Below are positions 19,174 to 29,208 of a DNA stretch of 64,000 bases, piece by piece. A program made the position numbers and the translations under genes. How positions within the stretch are numbered: the first letter of the stretch is position 1; each line of letters opens with the position of its first letter. The notes under the pieces are model-generated. The model saw only the letters and a program-made list of their open reading frames with translations, was not told the DNA's origin and did no database searches. The DNA is from a virus. The stretch is taken from the IMG/VR virus record IMGVR_UViG_3300030331_006276, one strand, 5' to 3'.

Positions 19174-21018
19174 ATGCCAACTAATACAAACGAAACCTCA
19201 AACAAGTTTTTAGATTTTAATCTACCGCAAGACGCATATGTAGCGTTTGATGCTGTAAGTTTAAAAGATTACATTATCAATCGATTAGATGAAAATGAAA
19301 AATTTACAGATCAAAACTTTGAAGGTAGTAATTTAGCAGCAGTAATTGATATAATTGCTTATTCATATCATGTTCTTTTATTCTATTTAAATAATTCAGC
19401 AGCTGAAGTAAATTTTGATCAAGCAACTTTATATGAAAATATGAATAAGATTGTAAAGTTGATAGGCTATAAACCTGCTGGAAAGCAAACTTCAATTGTT
19501 CCTATAAATGCTGTAGCGACTGCTTCATTACCTATTGGTAATTATACTATCCGTAAATATTCATACTTTCTAGCTGATGGCGTACAGTATAATTTTATTA
19601 ATGATATATCTTTTAATAAAGCTACTAATAATCAAGAAACATTACAAACAGTAAATGATGAAACAATTTTATATCAAGGTACAATTAAAGAATACCCTGA
19701 TTATACAGCGCAAGGTGAAAGCTTTGAAACTCTTCCTATTGTAGTTGATAACATAGTAGATAGTAATGATGATAAATTTATTGCTGATGGTACTATAAGT
19801 GTATATGTAAAAGAGTTAAGCAACAATACATACTATGAATATGAAATTGTTGAAAGCTTATATCTTTCAAAATCTGTTGAAAGAGTATGTGAGTTAAGAT
19901 TAAATGAACATGGCCATTATGAAGTAAAATTTGGTAATGGTGTGTTTGGTAAAAAATTAGATAGTGGGGATATTGTGTCTATTGATTACATACTTTCGGA
20001 TAATACTGCAGGTGTAATTAGTAAAAATGTTATAAATGGTAATAAGCTTTTTGTTTACGATTCGACAAGACAGCGAGAGCTATTTCAAGATTTATATCCT
20101 AATAAAGATGAAACAACCTTTTTAAATATCTCTAATAGTCCAAAAATTACCTTTAATAATCCTTTAAATTCTTCTGCTCTCTCAACAGAAGAAACTGTTG
20201 AGCAAATTAGACAAAATGCTCCAAAAATGTTTTCTTCTCAATTAAGACTAGTAACAGAAAAAGATTTTCAGTCATTCTTAGAGAGAAACTTAGCTAATGT
20301 AATTACCAGCGCAAGAGTTTCAAGCAATGATAGCTACGTTAATGAATATATACAATATTTTTATGATATATGTGTTGATCCTAATAAAGTAAATAGAGTT
20401 ATTATTAATCAAGTTAATTTTGCTGACTCATGTGATTTTAATAACATTAATGTTTTTGTTGTACCTCGATTTAAAGTAACACAAGATAAATTTTATCCAC
20501 CATTTTTGAGTAACTCATTTAAAAATTATATAGTTACTCAAACTCAAGATAGAAAAATGCTATCTAATACTGTCGTACCTCGAGATCCTATATACATGGC
20601 ATTTGGTTTAGGTATAGGAGATTCAGCAAATCTAACTCTAGATATTTTAGATCAAACAAAATTATACGCTGTTAGAGAGACGAATAATAAAATTAATAAA
20701 ACAACTTTAAAAGCAAGAATCGGTAGTTTAATTGAAAAGTTTTTTGATCCTGAAGATAATATTTTAGGTGGTAATTTACAATTAACAAATCTTGCTAATG
20801 ATATTCTTTCTTTAGAAGGAATAAAAAGAATAGAGACCAGAAATGAATTTACTGGTGAAATATTTACTGGAGGTATATCATTTTTATCATTTAACCCACA
20901 ATATCCGGAAAGTGACATAGAGTTAGTGAATCAAGATAAAACGTTGCCGTTTTTTAAATTTCCATATCTATATTCACCATTATCTGTGACTGACCGTATT
21001 GTTATAACAGATGAGTAA
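19174..21018 (+). CDS. gp6: Baseplate wedge subunit (gp6-like)
   Basis: FTDQNFEGSNL...LIGYKP, YEVKFGNGVFGK, SQLRLVTEKDF. Confidence 0.9.
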   Translation: MPTNTNETSNKFLDFNLPQDAYVAFDAVSLKDYIINRLDENEKFTDQNFEGSNLAAVIDIIAYSYHVLLFYLNNSAAEVNFDQATLYENMNKIVKLIGYKPAGKQTSIVPINAVATASLPIGNYTIRKYSYFLADGVQYNFINDISFNKATNNQETLQTVNDETILYQGTIKEYPDYTAQGESFETLPIVVDNIVDSNDDKFIADGTISVYVKELSNNTYYEYEIVESLYLSKSVERVCELRLNEHGHYEVKFGNGVFGKKLDSGDIVSIDYILSDNTAGVISKNVINGNKLFVYDSTRQRELFQDLYPNKDETTFLNISNSPKITFNNPLNSSALSTEETVEQIRQNAPKMFSSQLRLVTEKDFQSFLERNLANVITSARVSSNDSYVNEYIQYFYDICVDPNKVNRVIINQVNFADSCDFNNINVFVVPRFKVTQDKFYPPFLSNSFKNYIVTQTQDRKMLSNTVVPRDPIYMAFGLGIGDSANLTLDILDQTKLYAVRETNNKINKTTLKARIGSLIEKFFDPEDNILGGNLQLTNLANDILSLEGIKRIETRNEFTGEIFTGGISFLSFNPQYPESDIELVNQDKTLPFFKFPYLYSPLSVTDRIVITDE

Positions 21019-23260
21019 TATACAAGTTAACTTTGCAACGTTTGATGTAGAAGATTACAAGCGCGAAGCTAAATTATCTTCTTATAATTTACCCTTTACC
21101 CCGCTTACTTTTAAAGCACGCATTCCAAGCTCTCTAGGAGGTGAAGCTGTAACCACGCAGTATAATAATCTTAAAGCCACTTTTGATTTCGGTGATGGAA
21201 GTTTTGGAAATTCTTTAACAAGCGCACATGTATATCAGTATCCAGGTGTTTATAACGTGCGAATGATTTTACGGGACTGTAGTAATAATGCTATACTCGC
21301 ATCATTTAGTACTAATGTAACTATACATGATTATCTTACTAATACATTTACTATTACAGCTGGACCAACTAAAACTAATATATTAGAACTATCAGCAAGT
21401 GAATTTTCGAAACCTATTACTGTTTATTCACAATCACCATTTTATCAAGATTTTCAAGACATTTACTTTTCTGTATCTGGTTGTGACGTGCCAAATTATT
21501 TTAACTTAAAACCTAACAAATATAATAATCTTAGAGCATTTCATTCTTTTTATAAGAAAAATTATGTAGATACTTTATCAGGGCATGAATATGAAGAATT
21601 AAAAAAACTATCTCTATCTTCTGCTAATATATATGTTCGCTTAAGTGGTAATAATCATACATCTGGTAAAGGACCAACTGCATTTTCTATAGTTAATACT
21701 TTAAGTACGCATATCTCAAGCTTTAATGTTGGTAGCTCTGGTCAAGATATATTTTATTTTAAAACTGATAAGCAAAAACAGCCTTATAGACCTATAAACA
21801 TATCTTTATTTAAAGATAGAAATAATATATTTTCAGATACGACTTCAGGATTTAAAAATAACAACTATTCCAATAATTTTACTATTACGTTATCTTCTTT
21901 AGTGGGTACAGTTTCATCACAAACTATTAGTAGTATAGCAATAACTTCTAATGGCATTCCTGGAGAGGGTGATAGTGTTGAAACGTTTCAAATTTCCCCT
22001 GTGCAGTTTAAAGGATTAGGAATTCCATTTATTTTATCTCCTAAAAATACAGGATACTATACAATGAAGTCGTTATCGAGTAATACGACACCAACGTTTG
22101 AATTATTATCTGGGACTGCACCAGAAATTATACCAGGTGTTAGTGGTGTTGTAGTTGCAACGTCACATTATGATATACAAAGCTTAAGCGGTGCTCCTTT
22201 ATCTGCTTTTGATACGAGATTCTGGTATAGAGGTTTGTTAACTTTTAATGATAAAACTCTTGCAACTCTTTCTGGTCGACCTTCATTTTTAACTTTAAGT
22301 GCAAAATGCGTTTATGAAGATACAGCTACATCAATAAAAAATACTGTTACAGGTGCTACATCATTTACCTGTTACCCTAAAGATTTTTATGAAGCATATC
22401 TTCAAAATGAAGATTTTGATTTCGAAGAGACAATTAAAGATTTAAGATTTCAAGAAGTATTACTAGACAAAAATATTCTTTTTACAGATTTTCTAGGTAC
22501 GATTTTTGGTAATGTAAGTAGTAATTACACTGTTTTAGGTAAAAAGCTTTGGTCAAAAATACAAAACTTTACTTCTAATAATGCTGATTTAGATTTTTGC
22601 GATATTAATTCTCTTATTAATTTAACAAACTTAGCAGATGATGATGGTTTAGTATTTGATAGAGCTTTAGCGCAACAACCAGAGCTTGTTGATAGATTAA
22701 TGAGTATGTTGAGTGTAAACTATAATAAATTTAGAGGTACTCAAAATAAATTTAACGAAAACTATAACCCTAGAGGCGAGACGACAAAAGTAACGTTTGG
22801 TAAAAATTTAAGCTCAATAATTGATACATCTACATATCAAATAACAGCTGGTACGGATATTGTAGCTTACGAAAAATTTAGTGAAACTTATACAAGACTA
22901 AATACATTTCAACCGCTCTGCGCATTAAGCGGTAGTCAATATTCTAAAGCCGGTGCATCAACTACATATATGCTTAGTGATTTTACTACATTACATGATA
23001 GAACAAGCAGCGGGCCTAATTGGGGATGGCCTCTTGTTTTGCCTTCTTCTTTTGATACTATAGCTGAAGTAGATAAATTTTATTTGTTTTATAATCTATC
23101 TGGTGGTTTTGATAATACTATTGAAGGGGGATTAGTTGATTATAAAAACGGTTTAACAACATTAGAATATAATACACCGTTGAGTACGTTGGAAGGAGAC
23201 AACAATATATTTGATGTTATGATTCGAAATTCTTTATTTAGTAGTCTATCTCTGTTTTAG
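21011..23260 (+). CDS. PKD-domain baseplate-associated protein (gp7-like position)
   Basis: FDFGDGS...SAHVYQYPGVYNVRM PKD signature; follows gp6. Confidence 0.6.
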   Translation: MSNIQVNFATFDVEDYKREAKLSSYNLPFTPLTFKARIPSSLGGEAVTTQYNNLKATFDFGDGSFGNSLTSAHVYQYPGVYNVRMILRDCSNNAILASFSTNVTIHDYLTNTFTITAGPTKTNILELSASEFSKPITVYSQSPFYQDFQDIYFSVSGCDVPNYFNLKPNKYNNLRAFHSFYKKNYVDTLSGHEYEELKKLSLSSANIYVRLSGNNHTSGKGPTAFSIVNTLSTHISSFNVGSSGQDIFYFKTDKQKQPYRPINISLFKDRNNIFSDTTSGFKNNNYSNNFTITLSSLVGTVSSQTISSIAITSNGIPGEGDSVETFQISPVQFKGLGIPFILSPKNTGYYTMKSLSSNTTPTFELLSGTAPEIIPGVSGVVVATSHYDIQSLSGAPLSAFDTRFWYRGLLTFNDKTLATLSGRPSFLTLSAKCVYEDTATSIKNTVTGATSFTCYPKDFYEAYLQNEDFDFEETIKDLRFQEVLLDKNILFTDFLGTIFGNVSSNYTVLGKKLWSKIQNFTSNNADLDFCDINSLINLTNLADDDGLVFDRALAQQPELVDRLMSMLSVNYNKFRGTQNKFNENYNPRGETTKVTFGKNLSSIIDTSTYQITAGTDIVAYEKFSETYTRLNTFQPLCALSGSQYSKAGASTTYMLSDFTTLHDRTSSGPNWGWPLVLPSSFDTIAEVDKFYLFYNLSGGFDNTIEGGLVDYKNGLTTLEYNTPLSTLEGDNNIFDVMIRNSLFSSLSLF

Positions 23261-23275
23261 AGATAAATATGTTTA

Positions 23276-26245
23276 ATGGATACTATTGTTACAGGCTACC
23301 CTGAAGTAGATTTATCTATAACTAATCCTAATGTCAAGCGAGATGACGCATTAGATAAATTTACACCATATTCTTTCGTTCAATTTATTGAAACGGTAAC
23401 AGAGCAATACGACCCTGAAACATTAACGACATTTTATAAAACTTATCTGAATCGCTGGAATTCTAAAACTAGCTTACAAGGTAAAACTAACAAAGAAGTA
23501 ATTATTGATCGATATCGAGATTTCTTAAAAGACATTACTTTAAATTTTTCAACTAATGCTGAGCGTACATTTCTTACTCAGCTTGATTTTACTGATGCAC
23601 AAGACTTAGAAATAGCAATGTCTTTCTATAGTAAAAAAATACGAAGTATTATATCATACTATAAAGATAAAAGACAAAAATTATTTTATGCTACTACAAA
23701 AGCCAAAGTAAAAGGTAGCTCTTTAGGGGTAGAGCAAGCAGCTATTGATCTTATTTTAGAATTTTTAGAAAACCGTAGTACAGCTGCTAAAGACTATGAT
23801 ATAGAAAAAATTAAACGAGAGTTATCAATATCTACTACAGAATATTTTGATAATTTTTCACAATATTTTAACAGAGAGCCAGATGCGTCTTCATATGGTA
23901 GATCTTTTAAAAGTTATGATCCAACACAAGCACCACTAGATAATATCTTTTTAGCAGAAGATAGTGAACTTATACAAGAAGTTTTTGCTAATGTTGCTAG
24001 TGATTTAATTGAGCTAAAGGAAGTTCGCAACACTTTAAATTTTAACGTTGAGTCTGATTCTTTATTCAATAATAAAAGAAAACTAACCCAAAAATATATG
24101 GGTGCTGATTTTTATTATCTTGCAACTGATGAAGATGGTAATCCTGAACTTGACGAGAACAACAATCTTAAATTATTGTTTAAAGCTGAAAAACCTTATG
24201 CAAACTTCTTAAACCAAGAGTTTCCGTCAACAGCATCAGTTTTCTCTAATGATATAGTTAGTGAACGTGACTTAGGGTTTTTTAGACCACAAAATTCAGC
24301 AATAGTAGTTATAGAAGGTAAACGATTACAGTTTTTTACAAGAACAAAATATCCTCCTAATCAATTATATATTTTTCCAGATCCTAATCTTTTTACAAAT
24401 ACAGAAAATGTTTTAACGTTTATAATTGATACTTCACGTTCAGTAAATAATGCGAGTAAGGGCATTGCAGTAAATCAACCTAATACAGATAGAGATAGTA
24501 CAGCGTTTATTGGGTATAATTCTGAAATGGGTAAAGATAGAAATGTTAATACAGATTTATCATATCTATTTGACGAAGGGTATATATACGATAGTAAAAA
24601 AGACCTTTTTGGAAATATATTTGGATTAGTAAAAGATGAAAATTATTATCGAAATAATGTTGTCTTGGAAACACCTAAAAAAATAAAAAGCTTGCTAATG
24701 AACGGCTATCAATTTTTTGATAGTTTATATGGTGAGGGTTATAATTTTTCTTATAAAAAAACAGATAGTTCGACATTTTCAGAAACTATTAGATCCGGTC
24801 TATCTACATTTACAAATGGGTTTACTGGAAGAGGTGATCTACCAGATACGCCCAGCACATGGACGAGTTTTCCAACTTCTGCTTATAATATCTTCTTTAG
24901 ATATTTTAATCCTTATCAAGGATTAAAAGAACCTTCGAACTTTTTAGAAGTAGATTATAGAAGACCAGAAGGATTTACAATAGATGCTGATGTTAAAGAA
25001 GGTGCATATTTTAAGTTTTCAGATAGTGAAACGCTTGTTGATCCTACTAGTGCTACTGATATAGGTACATCTAATATTTCAGATTTAAGTTCTTATGCGA
25101 GTAGTACTGCTCAATTTTATTTCTCTGAGTTGACTGAAGGTGGTATTGGTGAGTTTAATTCTACACCTCCATATCCAACATCTTTTCCTAATAAGACTAT
25201 TTTTACAGCGTTGTGTGATCCAACAGATAATTTTACGAAGAGCTTATCTGGTAATTTTAGCTTTAATGTTCGTTTATCTGGAACAAACGGAGTGAAAGAT
25301 TATGATGGTGGCTTCTTTACTGATAATATCATATTTAATTATACGCAAGATAGAGAACAATTTGAATTTAATTCAAGTGTCTTTGAAAAAACTTCTATAT
25401 CTAATGTTACTTCAGCTCGAGAAGCGTTTTTTGATAAGCAAGATCATCTAGGTAAAATATATGTTAAAAATATAAATAAAGCTCCAGCTGCGCCTGCTGT
25501 TAGAGAATTAACACAATCCTTACCGTATCTATCTACAAAATATAATAAATCAATCTGCAATGAGCTTTCAACAGCAGTTGTTGATTTTGATATCTTTTAC
25601 AGTACTCTTTTTATTGAAACAAGCAGTCACGTTATAATTGAGAGAACTAATTACGATAACGATAAATTTAAAACTCCAAATACATTTACTAACTCTTTAA
25701 CTATCAATACTAACTTTTTTGATAAAGCAAGTAATCGATTAAAAGTAGGCGATGATGTTTTCTATTGTAGAATGAAAAGAGAGCAAGTTGGTTATAAAGG
25801 AGATAGATTTTATCCAGAAATTTACCGATATAGTTATACAAAGGACGAAAGTGAGCAAATATACCCTACGACCGGTAACCCTGCTATTTCTTCTGCGGCA
25901 TATTTTGCTTTAACAGCTGAAGACTCAGTATATATAGAATGTAGTAAGCCAATACTAACTTATAGTAGTGATAACGAGCAGTTTAACCTCGCTGTTATTT
26001 TAAAAGATCAAAATAAAGGACCAGTTTTATTTAACTATCTCTTTCAATATAAAAACGATATTGAAATTTGTAATACAGAAGCATATATTTGTAATAATAG
26101 TAGATTTACTTTTAATTTTACTCAATCAGCAAAAAATATACGTAACTTAGATAATATTAATTTTGTATTATCTTCTACGGTACCTGCTTTAACAACAACA
26201 TTTGTAGAGCCATCACCTCTATCTGCAGCAGCTTTAATACTATGA
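23276..26245 (+). CDS. Large virion structural protein, unknown function
   Basis: 989-aa ORF in the baseplate cluster; TAAATA box upstream. Confidence 0.55.
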   Translation: MDTIVTGYPEVDLSITNPNVKRDDALDKFTPYSFVQFIETVTEQYDPETLTTFYKTYLNRWNSKTSLQGKTNKEVIIDRYRDFLKDITLNFSTNAERTFLTQLDFTDAQDLEIAMSFYSKKIRSIISYYKDKRQKLFYATTKAKVKGSSLGVEQAAIDLILEFLENRSTAAKDYDIEKIKRELSISTTEYFDNFSQYFNREPDASSYGRSFKSYDPTQAPLDNIFLAEDSELIQEVFANVASDLIELKEVRNTLNFNVESDSLFNNKRKLTQKYMGADFYYLATDEDGNPELDENNNLKLLFKAEKPYANFLNQEFPSTASVFSNDIVSERDLGFFRPQNSAIVVIEGKRLQFFTRTKYPPNQLYIFPDPNLFTNTENVLTFIIDTSRSVNNASKGIAVNQPNTDRDSTAFIGYNSEMGKDRNVNTDLSYLFDEGYIYDSKKDLFGNIFGLVKDENYYRNNVVLETPKKIKSLLMNGYQFFDSLYGEGYNFSYKKTDSSTFSETIRSGLSTFTNGFTGRGDLPDTPSTWTSFPTSAYNIFFRYFNPYQGLKEPSNFLEVDYRRPEGFTIDADVKEGAYFKFSDSETLVDPTSATDIGTSNISDLSSYASSTAQFYFSELTEGGIGEFNSTPPYPTSFPNKTIFTALCDPTDNFTKSLSGNFSFNVRLSGTNGVKDYDGGFFTDNIIFNYTQDREQFEFNSSVFEKTSISNVTSAREAFFDKQDHLGKIYVKNINKAPAAPAVRELTQSLPYLSTKYNKSICNELSTAVVDFDIFYSTLFIETSSHVIIERTNYDNDKFKTPNTFTNSLTINTNFFDKASNRLKVGDDVFYCRMKREQVGYKGDRFYPEIYRYSYTKDESEQIYPTTGNPAISSAAYFALTAEDSVYIECSKPILTYSSDNEQFNLAVILKDQNKGPVLFNYLFQYKNDIEICNTEAYICNNSRFTFNFTQSAKNIRNLDNINFVLSSTVPALTTTFVEPSPLSAAALIL

Positions 26246-26808
26246 ACACATTTACATTTTCTATATCTACAACCTCAGCAGAAATTAGTAAAGTTTATGA
26301 AACTACCAATCTCTTTGATATAACTAATTTTAAATTAAATTTAGTAGATGTATTTACTGATACATTTCCTAATTATGTTGCAATTGATTGGGGCGACGGA
26401 ACTGAAGTATTAGAACCTGATGTTACTATTTTTCGTGATTATACAAAAGATTCTATTTTCCCAGAAATTAATAAAGGAGTTGCGCCGAAATATTTAACTG
26501 ATACATATAGTCATATATACGAACCATCAAACTTTGCATTAAATAAATCTGTTATTTTAAAAGTCAATATAGGCTATGTAACAGGTGAAACTACTCAATT
26601 GAGTGCTCCAATAAATATTCGTACTAATGGCTACTACCAGTCTATAGAAGATATAGATTTAATTGGATTAGATCTCCTTAATAAAGCTGATAACCCATCT
26701 AGATTTACTTTTCTTACTAAAAAGGATGATTATATAGTACAAATGGATAATGATCAATTTAAAGAAGACCCTTCTAAAGGTGGTGCAGGTGGAGTTGGGC
26801 AATACTAG
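26242..26808 (+). CDS. Small PKD-like structural protein
   Basis: IDWGDGTE...YSHIYEP PKD-type motif; ATGA overlap with the upstream gene. Confidence 0.5.
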   Translation: MNTFTFSISTTSAEISKVYETTNLFDITNFKLNLVDVFTDTFPNYVAIDWGDGTEVLEPDVTIFRDYTKDSIFPEINKGVAPKYLTDTYSHIYEPSNFALNKSVILKVNIGYVTGETTQLSAPINIRTNGYYQSIEDIDLIGLDLLNKADNPSRFTFLTKKDDYIVQMDNDQFKEDPSKGGAGGVGQY

Positions 26809-26829
26809 TATATAGCATAAATATTGTTA

Positions 26830-29208
26830 ATGGGATCTTTAGTAAAATCTAGTCTAAGTGCACTTAGCTCTGCAGAGGCTAGCTTTTGTCCAATGAATAT
26901 TGAATTAGATCAATTTCCTAGGACATTTAATGGCGGTTTTAAGATAAATTTCATACAGGCTCTTTCAGGTGCGCAAAGCTTTAAGAATTTAAACTATACA
27001 AATTTTTATCTTACAGATAATGTACTGTTAGATAGTGTTACTACTTATAATGCGCCAAAAATAAAACCCGATAAATATACAACAACGTTAAATTTTGGAT
27101 TTAGTGCTTCTGCTTTTTGCAAATTTAAACAAGCTTCTTTAAGTACGTTTAAAATAGAAAATAAAATTTTTGAAGCTGAAAACTACGGTACAGCATCAAT
27201 TGATTCAGTTAGTGGTGATATTTTTGAAATAGAATTGATTGATGATTTTAATTGTAGGGTTGCAACTCGTGTTAATAATATAAGATATTTTCTCGTTGTT
27301 GAAGATGATAACGAAGCAGGATTTAAAGATACTCGAGATGTTTTATTTGTTTCAGAAAGTCAATTACCTCTTTCAGGATTTAATTTAAATTACAACTTAT
27401 GTAAATATACTTCAATAAGTTATCTTAATTTATATTCAACAAAGCAGAAGGGCAGTACGCGTATAGTTTATGCTTTAACTAGTAACGGTAATAAAGTTGT
27501 TGCTACAAAACTTGACCCATCAAAAAATTATAATGAGTTTGTAGTTACAAATTTTAGTATAAGGCTTGATCAAGAATTAAACTTAACCATACCATCGCCT
27601 TACAATACATCTTATATAACATATAACGAAAGTGGTAAAATAAGAGATACAAAAAGTGATTTTAATTTACCATCAAATTATTTGCTGTTTAGTTCAAGTG
27701 ATAATGATAAGCAAGTTTTTGATTTTCTTACTTTAAAGAATATAGTTAATACACAAGATTCTTTTACATCATCAAATAATTTATTATCTACTTCTGAAAC
27801 ACCTATATTCGCGCAAAATTTAAGAACATATACGAGTATCTTTACTGATATTGATAGTGAAAAAAATGAAACTTTAGCATTAAATTATGTTTATAATAAT
27901 TATGACTTAGTTATTAAACCTGGAACAACACATTTTACTACGCCTTCGTCTCTTCAACCTTTTGATAAAATTAATATTAATGATACTAAATTTGCAGATT
28001 GTGGATCATTTTCATTTATTGCACCAGATTTATCTGACCGTGTATATAATTTAGATGATGATACCGTACAAAGTGAAGATGTAACTTATCTTTGCACTTG
28101 GTTATCGGGCGGTATAGGTACTCGTGGAACGTGGGTTGATAGATATTATTATCCTGATTTAGTTTCTAAAGAAACAGCCTTAGGTGGAGTTGCTTCATTT
28201 AATATAACATATGATCAAGCAGTTGAAAACTTAATAATGACTAATTCTAGTCTTAAGAGTTCTGTTACACAAAAATATTATTTTGATAAAAGAAGTGATC
28301 TTGTTTTTGAGCCATCAAAAAGATACAAGTATGTTAGAATTGCAAAAGAAAATTTTGCTATGAAGACACCTACTAATTTTTGTGATATATCAATTATAGA
28401 TGAAAAAATTAATAATTATTTTTCTTCAATAAATGAAAACGGTGGTTTTGGTTTAGGGTTTACGATACAAAATGATACAGATGATTTTTATTTAGAATCA
28501 GAATTTAATTCAATACACGGTGGTATATATTTTGAAAAGAGTGGTAAAAATTGTAAGTTAATTTATAGACTATTTGATAATAGTACTGAAGGTATAAGCT
28601 TATCAGCAAGAATAGATCAAACTACATATGAATATGCTTTTGAAATAGATTTATTCGAACAAAATAATATCTTTATATCTTTTGATGCTGTTTTAGGTGA
28701 ATTTAGATTATATTTAAATTCGAATGAATTATATACATTTGAAATTAATGCTTTTCAAATGTTTACAAAGCGATTGCTTTTTGGAGATATTTTTATCTAT
28801 TATAATGATAATAATAATGTGCAGCAGAATATTGAAATATTGCGTAATGCAGCTAGTGATCCAGAAGATAGAATTGCAATAGATAATTTATATCTTTCTT
28901 TAGAACCATTAAATGAAAATGAAAGATTAGCATTTTTGTTTAGTACAAATATTAATAATATACAAGATATAACTTTATCACTACCATGTGGTCAGAGAAA
29001 TTTAACAGATAATATTCAATTAGTTAATTCTATTAATACTAATCTTAAACATAAGAGTAATGAAGTGGATATTAATATTAAAAATTTAAATATATCAGAT
29101 AAAGATATTCGGGAAGAAGTAAAAAATATAGTTATAACTAATATTAAAAACTCTATACCGGAAACAGCTAATATTAATGAGATTAAATTTATAGATTATA
29201 AAAAATGA
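26830..29208 (+). CDS. Large beta-rich structural protein, possibly with a LamG/ConA-like C-terminal domain (start revised to ATG 26830)
   Basis: TAAATA at 26818-26823 lies 6 nt before ATG 26830; C-terminal NNIFISFDAVLGEFRLYLN is LamG-like. Confidence 0.5.
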   Translation: MGSLVKSSLSALSSAEASFCPMNIELDQFPRTFNGGFKINFIQALSGAQSFKNLNYTNFYLTDNVLLDSVTTYNAPKIKPDKYTTTLNFGFSASAFCKFKQASLSTFKIENKIFEAENYGTASIDSVSGDIFEIELIDDFNCRVATRVNNIRYFLVVEDDNEAGFKDTRDVLFVSESQLPLSGFNLNYNLCKYTSISYLNLYSTKQKGSTRIVYALTSNGNKVVATKLDPSKNYNEFVVTNFSIRLDQELNLTIPSPYNTSYITYNESGKIRDTKSDFNLPSNYLLFSSSDNDKQVFDFLTLKNIVNTQDSFTSSNNLLSTSETPIFAQNLRTYTSIFTDIDSEKNETLALNYVYNNYDLVIKPGTTHFTTPSSLQPFDKININDTKFADCGSFSFIAPDLSDRVYNLDDDTVQSEDVTYLCTWLSGGIGTRGTWVDRYYYPDLVSKETALGGVASFNITYDQAVENLIMTNSSLKSSVTQKYYFDKRSDLVFEPSKRYKYVRIAKENFAMKTPTNFCDISIIDEKINNYFSSINENGGFGLGFTIQNDTDDFYLESEFNSIHGGIYFEKSGKNCKLIYRLFDNSTEGISLSARIDQTTYEYAFEIDLFEQNNIFISFDAVLGEFRLYLNSNELYTFEINAFQMFTKRLLFGDIFIYYNDNNNVQQNIEILRNAASDPEDRIAIDNLYLSLEPLNENERLAFLFSTNINNIQDITLSLPCGQRNLTDNIQLVNSINTNLKHKSNEVDINIKNLNISDKDIREEVKNIVITNIKNSIPETANINEIKFIDYKK